From the NCBI GenBank assembly GCA_043821945.1, contig JBDRCH010000002.1, forward strand, positions 141 to 64,140: DNA of 64,000 nt. The letters are read 5' to 3'. The translations under genes and the position numbers were made by a program. The notes under the pieces are model-generated. The model searched no databases. It was not told where the DNA came from and saw nothing but the letters and a program-made list of their open reading frames with translations. Origin of the DNA: an archaeon. GTDB lineage: Archaea; Nanobdellota; Nanobdellia; Pacearchaeales; GW2011-AR1. Shown piece after piece: positions 29,880 to 38,256 of the stretch (positions are counted from its first letter, which is position 1; the number at the start of each line of letters is the position of its first letter).

Positions 29880-30442
29880 ACAGAAAAATAAAATCAAAGA
29901 TTTTGCATTATGATTTTTTTCCAAAAAATCGTAAGGGATTTTTATTAGCAGAAGAAACGTTGAAGATAATTATTGCTGTGATTTGTATTGGATTTTTAGT
30001 TTATTTTTTGACTTCACTTTATTTAAAGAATAAAGAGAACAAAGATTTTGAATTAGCAAAAGCTTCATTAGAGCATTTGGTTTGGGAAATAAATACTATG
30101 AAAGAGGGCGAATCAAGAGGGGTTGAGATTTATAATCCTAAGGGGTGGTGGATTAGTTCTTGGCCTTATGGAGATATTAGGCCTAATCAGTGTACAAATC
30201 TTAATTGGGAGAATTGTATTTGTATTTGTCCAAGTAATGATCCTTGGGATTCTGTCAAGACTTTTTTTAGTAGTGCTACAATGATTACAGAATCTGCTGA
30301 TAAATGTGATGATAAAGGTATATGTGTTGAGATTACAGAAGAATTTCTTGTGAAAAAAGATAATCAACAAACTATTATGAAGATAGTTGATCTCCCACTT
30401 AAACTTGAAATTAAGGGAGGAGTTATTTCAAAAGCAAAATGA
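29876..30442 (+). CDS. Cys-rich pilin-like protein
   Basis: ATG at 29876 gives MNRKIKSK...NRKGFLLAEETLKIIIAVICIGFLVYF. Mature part contains CTNLNWENCICICP...CDDKGICV. Confidence 0.5.
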   Translation: MNRKIKSKILHYDFFPKNRKGFLLAEETLKIIIAVICIGFLVYFLTSLYLKNKENKDFELAKASLEHLVWEINTMKEGESRGVEIYNPKGWWISSWPYGDIRPNQCTNLNWENCICICPSNDPWDSVKTFFSSATMITESADKCDDKGICVEITEEFLVKKDNQQTIMKIVDLPLKLEIKGGVISKAK

Positions 30443-30540
30443 ATCTTGATGAAGTGATAAAATATATAATCTGGATTGTAGTTTTTAGTTTGGCTTTGGG
30501 AGGTTTGTATTTTATGCTAAAGAAATTTGGTTTAATGTAA
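30439..30540 (+). CDS. Micro membrane protein (not in ORF track)
   Basis: 33 codons: MNLDEVIKYIIWIVVFSLALGGLYFMLKKFGLM. ATGA overlap with the upstream stop. Resembles 29733..29879. Confidence 0.4.
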   Translation: MNLDEVIKYIIWIVVFSLALGGLYFMLKKFGLM

Positions 30541-30541
30541 A

Positions 30542-31366
30542 ATGAAATTGATAAATAATAAAAGAGGTGAATTGACAACGCAACAAATAGTTGGTCTTAT
30601 TATCTTGATAATTAGTTTTGCAGTTATCTTGTTTTTTATATTTAGGTTGAATCTAGGTGAGATAACTAATAAAGAGATATGTCATAATTCTGTTGTTTTG
30701 AGAGATCAATCCAAATATGTTTCAGGTCCTATTGATTGCAGAACAAGTTATGTTTGTATTTCAGGAGGTGGAAAGTGTGATAATATGAATCCAACAATTA
30801 CTAAAAAGATTGATATGAAAAAAACAGATAATGAGGAAATTAAAAATGAAATTATGAAAGCAATTTCAGATGAAATGGTTGATTGTTGGTGGATGTTTGG
30901 TGAGGGGAAAGTTAATTATGTTAAGGGTATTACTTGGGAAGATGTATTTGGAGGGAATGTTTGTGCAATTTGTAGTATCATAAGGTTTGATGATAAAATA
31001 CAGGAAGGTCTTCGAGGAGAATCGATTGATTTGGAAAAGTTATATAATTTTATGAAAACTTATCCTAGCAAAAACGATAACAAATTTTATTATCTCTATA
31101 GGGATCTTGAGTCTAATCAAGATATGGAGATTTCTTTTGATAAAAAATATAGCATTTTAACAGGGATTGCGGGAATAAATGCTAAGGGAAAAGTTGGATC
31201 AGCTCTTTGGGATGTTATTAAGGCTCCCCTTTGGATTACTAAGGTTTTTAAAGATGAGGAAGAAGCTAAAAAAGAATTTCCTAATGAGGGTCCAATTCCT
31301 ATTAGAATATTTGATGATCAGAAACTTGAAGATTTTATGTGTGGCGAGTTCATCACAAAAGCATAA
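30542..31366 (+). CDS. Cys-rich pilin-like protein
   Basis: N-terminus MKLINNKRGELTTQQIVGLIILIISFAVILFFIF (KRG then hydrophobic helix). 274 aa with multiple Cys. Confidence 0.55.
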   Translation: MKLINNKRGELTTQQIVGLIILIISFAVILFFIFRLNLGEITNKEICHNSVVLRDQSKYVSGPIDCRTSYVCISGGGKCDNMNPTITKKIDMKKTDNEEIKNEIMKAISDEMVDCWWMFGEGKVNYVKGITWEDVFGGNVCAICSIIRFDDKIQEGLRGESIDLEKLYNFMKTYPSKNDNKFYYLYRDLESNQDMEISFDKKYSILTGIAGINAKGKVGSALWDVIKAPLWITKVFKDEEEAKKEFPNEGPIPIRIFDDQKLEDFMCGEFITKA

Positions 31367-31396
31367 TTTTATTAATTCTTTTTTTGTTTGTTGAAT
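31365..31396 (+). promoter_or_regulatory. Related promoter, copy 3 (TTTATTAATTC 29 nt before the ATG)
   Basis: tttattaattctt at 31368 and ATGtgtaaaagagggg at 31397 share the TATA-like box, spacing and aaaagagggg (KRG-coding) core with copies 1 and 2. Confidence 0.45.
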
Positions 31397-31798
31397 ATGT
31401 GTAAAAGAGGGGCGATACTAATTGAGAATGTTATTTTTATTGTTCTTAATTTGGTTTTTCTTTCGATTCTTTTTTTATTTGTGTTTTCTAAAATGGGGAG
31501 TGCTGCAATTTTAGAAGAAAGATATGCAAAAGAAATTGCCCTATTGATTGATGGCGCTAAACCAGGAATGAAAATTAGTTTGAATATTGAAAATGCATTA
31601 AATAAAAAAGATAAAAATTGGAATGGAAAAATAATTTCTATTCAAGATAATATTGTAACTGTTCGGCTTAGAGAAAAAGGGGGATATTCTTATTCATTCT
31701 TTAATGATGTTGATTTTGATAAACTTTATCATCTTTCCGAGAATGGAAATTATTTTGAGTTGAAAGTATTAAAAAAACAAAATGAAAAAGTGGAATAA
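31397..31798 (+). CDS. Pilin-like protein
   Basis: MCKRGAILIENVIFIVLNLVFLSILFLFVF has KRG followed by a hydrophobic segment. Confidence 0.5.
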   Translation: MCKRGAILIENVIFIVLNLVFLSILFLFVFSKMGSAAILEERYAKEIALLIDGAKPGMKISLNIENALNKKDKNWNGKIISIQDNIVTVRLREKGGYSYSFFNDVDFDKLYHLSENGNYFELKVLKKQNEKVE

Positions 31799-32333
31799 AA
31801 AAGGTGGAGACAAAGTAATGACCTTATACTGGTTTGCGATTTTATTTCTTGTAGCTGGAGCAATTGTCTATATGACTGCACTTTATTATGGAAAGCCATA
31901 TGATATTAGAGAAATTGAAGCGAATTTTTTAACAAATAAAGTTGCTGATTGTTTGAGTGAAGGAGGAAGATTAGTTGATAATTGGAGAGACATTAAGACT
32001 GAGAATTTTTTGCAGAAGTGTGGTTTGACTTTTAATGTTGAGGATACAGAAGGTTGGAAAGCGCAAGAGCAGTATTATGTGGAAGTGAATTTTCGTAAGT
32101 TTGATGGAAGTTCTGTTGAAAAAGAAAGTATTATTATTGGAAATAAAAATTTAAAAGATTTTTGTGATAAAGAAGGGGTTAATCTTCCTGTATGCTCTGA
32201 AAGAGAATTTTATGTTTTAGGTCCAAGAAATATTGGAGGAGAAGATAAACTTAAACTTGATACTGATGCAAATACTCAATATATAATTAAAATTAAATCA
32301 ATTGTTAGAAAGACAGAGAAAAATGTTCAATAA
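31782..32333 (+). CDS. Pilin-like protein
   Basis: MKKWNKKGGDKVMTLYWFAILFLVAGAIVYM. 183 aa. Confidence 0.45.
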   Translation: MKKWNKKGGDKVMTLYWFAILFLVAGAIVYMTALYYGKPYDIREIEANFLTNKVADCLSEGGRLVDNWRDIKTENFLQKCGLTFNVEDTEGWKAQEQYYVEVNFRKFDGSSVEKESIIIGNKNLKDFCDKEGVNLPVCSEREFYVLGPRNIGGEDKLKLDTDANTQYIIKIKSIVRKTEKNVQ

Positions 32334-32829
32334 AAAAGCACAAGTTGGTGAGACAATAACATGGTTTGTTGCAACAATAATTATAATTGTTATTTTAGCA
32401 ATTGCTATTTTTATTGTTTCATCGAGGATATTTGAGAATGATAAAGTATTGAAAGTAGAAAAGATAGATAGTGATTTACTTGTTACAAAAAGTTTGTTGG
32501 GTTATTTATTGACTGATAAGAATTATGATGGGTTTAAGGAAATTGAACTTTCTGAAGGAGTAATTGATTTTGATAATGCTTTTTTTGATTCAGTATTTAA
32601 TTTATATAAAAAAGAATATTCTTCTAATCAGGTTTTGTTTAGAATTAATTCAGAATATGAAAAATGGGAAGGATATTCTAAATCTGCAGGATTACCTAAC
32701 AAAATTTTACTCAATCGTGGAGGTTTGCCTTCTAATATGAGGGCAACTAAATTTTTTTATGAAAGTATAAATTTAAAAAATATTGGAGATAAAAAGAAAA
32801 ATACGATCATTGAATTAATGCTCAATTAA
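32323..32829 (+). CDS. Pilin-like protein
   Basis: The internal ATG gives MFNKKAQVGETITWFVATIIIIVILAIAIF. The track start at 32302 is less likely. Confidence 0.45.
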   Translation: MFNKKAQVGETITWFVATIIIIVILAIAIFIVSSRIFENDKVLKVEKIDSDLLVTKSLLGYLLTDKNYDGFKEIELSEGVIDFDNAFFDSVFNLYKKEYSSNQVLFRINSEYEKWEGYSKSAGLPNKILLNRGGLPSNMRATKFFYESINLKNIGDKKKNTIIELMLN

Positions 32830-32830
32830 A

Positions 32831-33148
32831 ATGAAAAACAAAATTAATAAGAGAGGAGATATTCCTGTGACAATTTTGGTAATTGGAGTTTTTGCAGTTT
32901 GCACACTTGCAATTTTAAGTTTTAAGTTTTTTGATATTAAGACAAATGAAGATTTTTATAAGATTATTGGAGCTTCTGAAGAAATGAATACTCAAATTCA
33001 GAAATATTATTTTTATGATAATGTTGAAGTTAGTGAAGGAAATATAGAAAAATTTTTGAATATTCAAAATGGTTTTCTTGAAATTGAAAAGAAGAATAAA
33101 GACAAAATAATTGTTAAAATTGAAATTCCTGTTTCTGGACTAAAATAA
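32831..33148 (+). CDS. Pilin-like protein
   Basis: MKNKINKRGDIPVTILVIGVFAVCTLAIL. 105 aa. Confidence 0.5.
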   Translation: MKNKINKRGDIPVTILVIGVFAVCTLAILSFKFFDIKTNEDFYKIIGASEEMNTQIQKYYFYDNVEVSEGNIEKFLNIQNGFLEIEKKNKDKIIVKIEIPVSGLK

Positions 33149-33182
33149 AAACATTTATAAATAATAATCTATTAATCAAAGC

Positions 33183-33515
33183 ATGTTGAATAAAAGAGGT
33201 CAGGGTTTGAGTACTAATGCTATTGTGTTGATTATCTTAGGGGTTGTTGTTTTAACTGTTATGATAATTGGATTTACAATGGGTTGGGACAGACTTGCAC
33301 CTTGGTTGTCAAGTGGAGATAATTTAGCTCAACTAAACACTGAATGTAAAACTGCTTGTGCTACACTTAGTACTGCTGATTTTTGTTCTAAACAAAAAAC
33401 TGTTAGGATTACTGAAGCTATAGGGAGTATTAATGATAAAGATAAAAAAACTTGTGATGCTTTATCAAAAGTTCCTGAAACTGGAGTTGATAAATGCCCA
33501 GCAATAACTTGTTAA
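33183..33515 (+). CDS. Cys-rich pilin-like protein (paralog pair member 1)
   Basis: MLNKRGQGLSTNAIVLIILGVVVLTVMIIGFTMGWDRLAPWL..., with 6 Cys in the mature part. Confidence 0.6.
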   Translation: MLNKRGQGLSTNAIVLIILGVVVLTVMIIGFTMGWDRLAPWLSSGDNLAQLNTECKTACATLSTADFCSKQKTVRITEAIGSINDKDKKTCDALSKVPETGVDKCPAITC

Positions 33516-33570
33516 TAAAATTTTCATTTTTCAAAACAATTTTAAACGCTTTTTCTTTTAATTAATTATT

Positions 33571-34038
33571 ATGATTGAAGCAAAACAAAAAACTAATAGA
33601 CAGAAAAATGATAAAAGTCTAAACATTGGGCTTATTGTGTTGATTATTCTGACAGTTTTAGTTTTGTTAGCTGTTTTAATTGGATTTACTTTTGGTTGGG
33701 ATAGTCTTGCTTTTTGGTTGCCAGGAGATAATCTTCTTGAAATTCAGGAACAATGCAATCTTGCTTGTTCTAAAAATGGTAATTCTTATGATTATTGTAT
33801 TGTTGAAAGGACATTGAAAACGAAAAATGAACTAAATCTTAGTTGTAAAGAATTTTTAGAACAAGGTTATGAAATAAATGATTGCACTGATTCTTGTGAT
33901 TGTGAGAATGTTGGGGGAATTTGGATTGCTCCTGAAAAAGGGGTATCTTGTGCAGCAATATTACCTTATGACAAAAAAGGAGAAAGAGTTGAATATATTT
34001 TTGCTGGTGCAGATAAAAAAGAGTGTTGTATTTATTAA
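33571..34038 (+). CDS. Cys-rich pilin-like protein (paralog pair member 2)
   Basis: ...KSLNIGLIVLIILTVLVLLAVLIGFTFGWDSLAFWLPGDNL.... Shares the GFTxGWDxLAxWL..GDNL...C..AC block with 33183..33515. 11 Cys. Confidence 0.6.
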   Translation: MIEAKQKTNRQKNDKSLNIGLIVLIILTVLVLLAVLIGFTFGWDSLAFWLPGDNLLEIQEQCNLACSKNGNSYDYCIVERTLKTKNELNLSCKEFLEQGYEINDCTDSCDCENVGGIWIAPEKGVSCAAILPYDKKGERVEYIFAGADKKECCIY

Positions 34039-34078
34039 ACACAAAAAATTTAAATTCTAATTATCTTAATTAATTATA

Positions 34079-34195
34079 ATGGCACATGCAGATTCTGAAA
34101 GGCGAAATAAGAGAAAGGATAAAAAGCGTGAAAAGAAAAAACATCCGTATAAGAAAGGTGGAAGACAAAGAACAATGAATGTGGGACAAAAATAG
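34079..34195 (+). CDS. Possible 38-aa highly basic peptide (not in ORF track)
   Basis: Hand-translated MAHADSERRNKRKDKKREKKKHPYKKGGRQRTMNVGQK. No homology recognised. Confidence 0.2.
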   Translation: MAHADSERRNKRKDKKREKKKHPYKKGGRQRTMNVGQK

Positions 34196-34225
34196 TTTTA
34201 TAAATTGTTTTTGCCAAGTTTATTT

Positions 34226-35047
34226 ATGGAAGAGGTGATTTTTTTATTTGTTTTGGCATTGGTCTGGATTATTTTTGCAAGTATTCAGGATTTGAAAAAA
34301 CGAGAAGTTGCAAATTGGATTAGTTTTTCTCTTATAATCTTTGCTCTTGGTTTTAGATTTTTTTATTCTCTTTTTTCTGAAAGTTTTGGATTTTTTTATC
34401 AGGGCTTAATTGGATTGGCAATATTTTTTATTCTTGGAAATTTACTTTATTATGGAAGAATGTTTGCAGGGGGTGATGCAAAATTAATGATTGCTTTAGG
34501 AACAGTTTTGCCTTTTTCTGAAAACTTTTTCATTAATCTGAAAGTATTCTTTAGTTTTATATTTATTTTTCTGCTTATTGGTGGAATTTACGGGTTAACC
34601 TTTAGTGTTTTTTTGAGTTTGAGAAATTTTAATGAATTTAAAAAACAGTTTTTTGACAGGCTGAAAAAAAATAAAAGATTTTCTTATTGTATTATGTTTG
34701 TTGGGATTGTTTTAATGGGGGTTGGATTTCTTGAGGGGTTGTTTTTTGTTTTAGGAATCATTGTTTTTGTTTTTCCTTATTTTTATTTTTATGCGAAATC
34801 AGTTGATGAATCTTGCATGATTAAAAGAATTAAATCAAGTGAGCTTACAGAAGGAGATTGGCTTTATGAAGATGTAAAAATAAATAATAAGATAATTAAA
34901 AAAAGTTGGGAAGGTCTTAATGCAAAAGATCTTGGATTAATCAAAAAACAAAATAAAGTCGTTTTAGTTAGACAAGGGATTCCTTTTGTCCCTGTTTTTT
35001 TAATTAGTTTTTTGGTATTGTTGTATTTATGGTTTAATGGAGTTTGA
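34226..35047 (+). CDS. Prepilin/preflagellin peptidase (A24 family, PibD/FlaK-like)
   Basis: Polytopic. First Asp context ASIQDLKKREVANW and second Asp motif FAGGDAKLMIALG. ATG at 34226; the track start at 34205 is a TTG. Confidence 0.75.
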   Translation: MEEVIFLFVLALVWIIFASIQDLKKREVANWISFSLIIFALGFRFFYSLFSESFGFFYQGLIGLAIFFILGNLLYYGRMFAGGDAKLMIALGTVLPFSENFFINLKVFFSFIFIFLLIGGIYGLTFSVFLSLRNFNEFKKQFFDRLKKNKRFSYCIMFVGIVLMGVGFLEGLFFVLGIIVFVFPYFYFYAKSVDESCMIKRIKSSELTEGDWLYEDVKINNKIIKKSWEGLNAKDLGLIKKQNKVVLVRQGIPFVPVFLISFLVLLYLWFNGV

Positions 35048-35052
35048 TTGTT

Positions 35053-35703
35053 TTAAGGAATTCTTCTTGGAAATTTTACTTTTGAATTTTTGATTTTTTT
35101 TACTCGTGGTTTTTTGATTACCTGCTTTTTTTCTAATTGTTTTTGAATTTCTTGAAGTTCTTTGGAACTTACATGATTTCTTGGAGAACCCATATTTTCA
35201 TTTCCATAAATAGGCAAGATATTAATTATTTCATGTCCAAATAAATTTGAAAAAGAAATAAGAACATCTTTTGGTTTGAATTTTGTTTTTATTTTTTTAG
35301 AAATTTTCTTAGCTAATGAAAACGCAGGTTGAGGAACTTTGTCCTCTGCGTCAATGTGTTTTTTTGGAATTATCATTGAATGAGCTTTGGAAATTGGATT
35401 TATCTCTAATATTGCGATTGCATCTTTGTTTTCATCTATTTTATAATATTGAATATCCCCTGAAACAATTGAACAAAAGATGCACTTAGTATGTTCTTGT
35501 CCAGAAGAGGAAGAAGTAAGTTGATTTTGGGGTGTTGAAGAATCTTCTTTAATCGAATTATTTTGCATAATAAACTCTTCTAACTGTTCTGCATTCATTG
35601 ATCTAATTGATTTCTTAATCTCTTCTTTGTTTTGGAGATTTGATGAGTCTATTTGAGAAAATATCTGTTGCTTAATATTTTCAATTTGATCTGGAGGTAA
35701 CAT
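35053..35703 (-). CDS. HIT-family-like protein with N-terminal Q/S-rich extension and degenerate histidine triad
   Basis: CIFCSIV...NPISKAHSMIIPKKH matches the HIT fold. The triad position reads GHEIINILP instead of HxHxHxx. Confidence 0.55.
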   Translation of the reverse strand: MLPPDQIENIKQQIFSQIDSSNLQNKEEIKKSIRSMNAEQLEEFIMQNNSIKEDSSTPQNQLTSSSSGQEHTKCIFCSIVSGDIQYYKIDENKDAIAILEINPISKAHSMIIPKKHIDAEDKVPQPAFSLAKKISKKIKTKFKPKDVLISFSNLFGHEIINILPIYGNENMGSPRNHVSSKELQEIQKQLEKKQVIKKPRVKKIKNSKVKFPRRIP

Positions 35704-35737
35704 AAAAAAATTAACAATCTTTCATTAATATATTTAA

Positions 35738-36010
35738 CTATCCAAAAGCCCTTCTCATATCACTAACTTCTGCAGAATTCACATTTTCTATTTGTCTTAA
35801 TGATTGTTCAATTGGTTCTAATTCATATTCTTCATCAAGTGAGAAACCAGCAATTACTGCTTTAAGTCCGAATGCAATAGGCTCTTCTTCAAACACGCAT
35901 TTTTCTCCTTTGTTTTCTTCGATGACCATCTTTGTTTTTTCTTTTATTTCTTCAAGATTTACATCTGGAGAAGTTGGCATTATTTTGATTTTTATTAAAG
36001 CAGTTCCCAT
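35738..36010 (-). CDS. Elongation factor 1-beta (aEF-1beta)
   Basis: 90 aa. IKIMPTSPDVNLEEIKEK...IAFGLKAV...VSDMRRAFG follows the typical archaeal EF-1beta layout. Confidence 0.8.
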   Translation of the reverse strand: MGTALIKIKIMPTSPDVNLEEIKEKTKMVIEENKGEKCVFEEEPIAFGLKAVIAGFSLDEEYELEPIEQSLRQIENVNSAEVSDMRRAFG

Positions 36011-36060
36011 AAATTATTTTAATTAAGAAGGTTTTTAAGATTTGCTATTTTCTTTTTTTT

Positions 36061-36474
36061 ATGTTTGAATTACTAAATCAAATTTTTATGAATTATGGGC
36101 TTTTTGGAATTTTTATTTTAATGTTTTTGAATATGCTTATTTTTATTCCTCCTAGCGAGATTATTCTTCCTCTTGCAGGGTTTTTTGCATATACTTCTGG
36201 AAGTTCTTTATTATTAGTTTTTGGAATTTCACTCCTTGCAAACTTTCTTGGCACTTATGTTTGGTACTTTATTGGAAGAAAGATCGGTTATAAGAGACTT
36301 TTGAAGATAAATTATTTTAAAAAAAGAGAGAAATCTCTTGATATAATTGCTAAAAAGTTCAGGAAAGATGAATCTTATTGGGTGGGAATTTTCAGGATTT
36401 TTCCATATTTTAGAGCAACTGTTTCTATTCCTGCGGGTATGGTTAAAATGCCTCATAAATATTTTGCAATTTAA
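36061..36474 (+). CDS. DedA/SNARE-associated family membrane protein, N-terminal part (ends at an in-frame TAA)
   Basis: PPSEIILPLAGFFA...GTYVWYFIGRKIGYKRL...RIFPYFRATVSIPAGMVKM is DedA-like. The ORF stops at TAA 36472-36474, but the same frame stays open to 36651. Confidence 0.6.
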   Translation: MFELLNQIFMNYGLFGIFILMFLNMLIFIPPSEIILPLAGFFAYTSGSSLLLVFGISLLANFLGTYVWYFIGRKIGYKRLLKINYFKKREKSLDIIAKKFRKDESYWVGIFRIFPYFRATVSIPAGMVKMPHKYFAI

Positions 36475-36486
36475 TCTTTAATTGGA

Positions 36487-36651
36487 ATGGGAATTTGGAC
36501 AAGTCTTTGGATTTTTTTAGGTTATTTATTTGGACAAAGTTTTTTTGAATATGAACTTTATGTCATGATTCCTTTTATTTTGGCTTTTATTTTTATAGCC
36601 TTTTTGTTTTATATAAAAATGATGAAACATTTGAAAAAAGAGGTCATTTAA
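36487..36651 (+). CDS. DedA C-terminal segment (same frame as 36061..36474)
   Basis: MGIWTSLWIFLGYLFGQSF...MIPFILAFIFIAFLF matches the expected last TM segments of DedA. Below the ORF-track length cutoff. Confidence 0.4.
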   Translation: MGIWTSLWIFLGYLFGQSFFEYELYVMIPFILAFIFIAFLFYIKMMKHLKKEVI

Positions 36652-36702
36652 TTCTTAAGTGAGTATCAAAATACTTATAAACAGGCAAGAATTTTTTTAA
36701 AG

Positions 36703-37638
36703 ATGGTTGAGGGGAATTATGAAAAAATATTGGTGAAAATTGCTCAAGCTTCTGGATTAGATAAAGAAGAGATAGATAGAAGAGTTGAGGCAAAGAGAGC
36801 AAAGTTGTCTGGTTTGATAAGTAAAGAAGGGGCGATGCAGATTATAGCTGCTGAACTTGGGATTTCTTTTGACAATGAGAAATTAAAAATAGATGAGTTG
36901 CTTCCTGGGATGAGAAAGGTGAATGTTATTGGAAAAGTTATTGGTCTGTCTCCTGTGAGAACTTTTGTTAGAAATGATAAAGAAGGGAAAGTGGTAAATT
37001 TGAGTATTGCTGATGAGACATCTAATGTTAAAGTTGTGTTGTGGGATGTTAATCATATTGAATTAATTGAAAAAGGAAATGTCAAGGAAGATAAAGTTGT
37101 TGAAATTTTGAATGCAGCTATGAGGGGAAATGAACTTCATTTAGGAAGTTTTTCTGAATTTAAATTGAGTAATGAGGTTTTGGATAAAGTGAATGTAGAA
37201 AAAGTTGTTCAAGAGAAAAATATAATTGATTTCAAAATGCCTGATAGTGTGGGGGTGAGAGCATTTATAGTTCAAACTTTTGAGCCAAGGTTTTATAATG
37301 TTTGTCCTGAATGCAAAAAGAAAGTAGGAGATGATTCTGTTTGTGAAGCTCATGGAAATATTGCTCCTGAAAAAAGAGCTGTTATGAATATTATTCTTGA
37401 TGATGGAACAGAATCAATCAGAACTGTTTTATTCCATGATAATTTATCTTCATTAGGATTAACTGATCTTGAAAATCCTGAAATGATTCTGCAGCAGAGA
37501 GAGAATCTTTTAGGAAAAGAAATGCTCTTTTCTGGAGATGTAAGAAATAACAGTTATTTCAATAATTCTGAGTTTATATTAGATCATGCAAAAGAGATAG
37601 ATCTAGATGAATTATTGGATAAAATAGAAAAGGCTTAA
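36703..37638 (+). CDS. Replication protein A-like ssDNA-binding protein (OB folds plus zinc ribbon)
   Basis: 311 aa. The OB-like block NVIGKVIGLSPVRTF...VVNLSIADETSNVKVVLWD and the CPECKKKV...C.AH zinc motif fit the archaeal RPA architecture. Confidence 0.6.
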   Translation: MVEGNYEKILVKIAQASGLDKEEIDRRVEAKRAKLSGLISKEGAMQIIAAELGISFDNEKLKIDELLPGMRKVNVIGKVIGLSPVRTFVRNDKEGKVVNLSIADETSNVKVVLWDVNHIELIEKGNVKEDKVVEILNAAMRGNELHLGSFSEFKLSNEVLDKVNVEKVVQEKNIIDFKMPDSVGVRAFIVQTFEPRFYNVCPECKKKVGDDSVCEAHGNIAPEKRAVMNIILDDGTESIRTVLFHDNLSSLGLTDLENPEMILQQRENLLGKEMLFSGDVRNNSYFNNSEFILDHAKEIDLDELLDKIEKA

Positions 37639-37662
37639 ATAGATAATTTTATTTTTTATTGG

Positions 37663-38256
37663 ATGTTTATAAAAAAGAGCCAGATATCTTTGTTGATGAT
37701 TAATGCTGTTTATTTATTAGCTGCGAGCATTTATTATATGTCTAGAAAAAATTATGAATTTGTGATGTATGTTGGAATTGTTGTTCTTTTGTTTATTATT
37801 ATTTTATTGACAAATAAAAGAATGAATTATCCAAATGTTGTGTTGATTGGTTTAAGTATTTGGGGAGCAATGCATATGCTTGGAGGAGTTAAAATTGGAG
37901 ATTCTGTTGTGTATGCTAAGATGTTAATTAATATTGTTGGGGAACCTTATAATATTTTGAAATATGATCAATTTGTGCACTTATTTGGTTTTGGAATTGC
38001 AACACTTGCAATGTTTGTTTTGTTCAAGCCTTTTTTGAAATTTCCTATTCAAAGGTGGACATCAATTTCAATTATCACTATTATGGCTGGTTTTGGAGTA
38101 GGTGCATTAAATGAGATGATTGAATTCACTGCTACGGTCTTAGTTCCTGAAACAGGTGTTGGAGGTTTTATTAATACTTCATTGGATTTAGTTGCTGATT
38201 TTGTTGGAGCTGTTTTTGCAATGATTTATATTAGAATTAAAAGAGGAGAGATTTAA
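37663..38256 (+). CDS. Integral membrane protein, unknown function
   Basis: 197 aa with about 6 TM segments. Confidence 0.45.
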   Translation: MFIKKSQISLLMINAVYLLAASIYYMSRKNYEFVMYVGIVVLLFIIILLTNKRMNYPNVVLIGLSIWGAMHMLGGVKIGDSVVYAKMLINIVGEPYNILKYDQFVHLFGFGIATLAMFVLFKPFLKFPIQRWTSISIITIMAGFGVGALNEMIEFTATVLVPETGVGGFINTSLDLVADFVGAVFAMIYIRIKRGEI

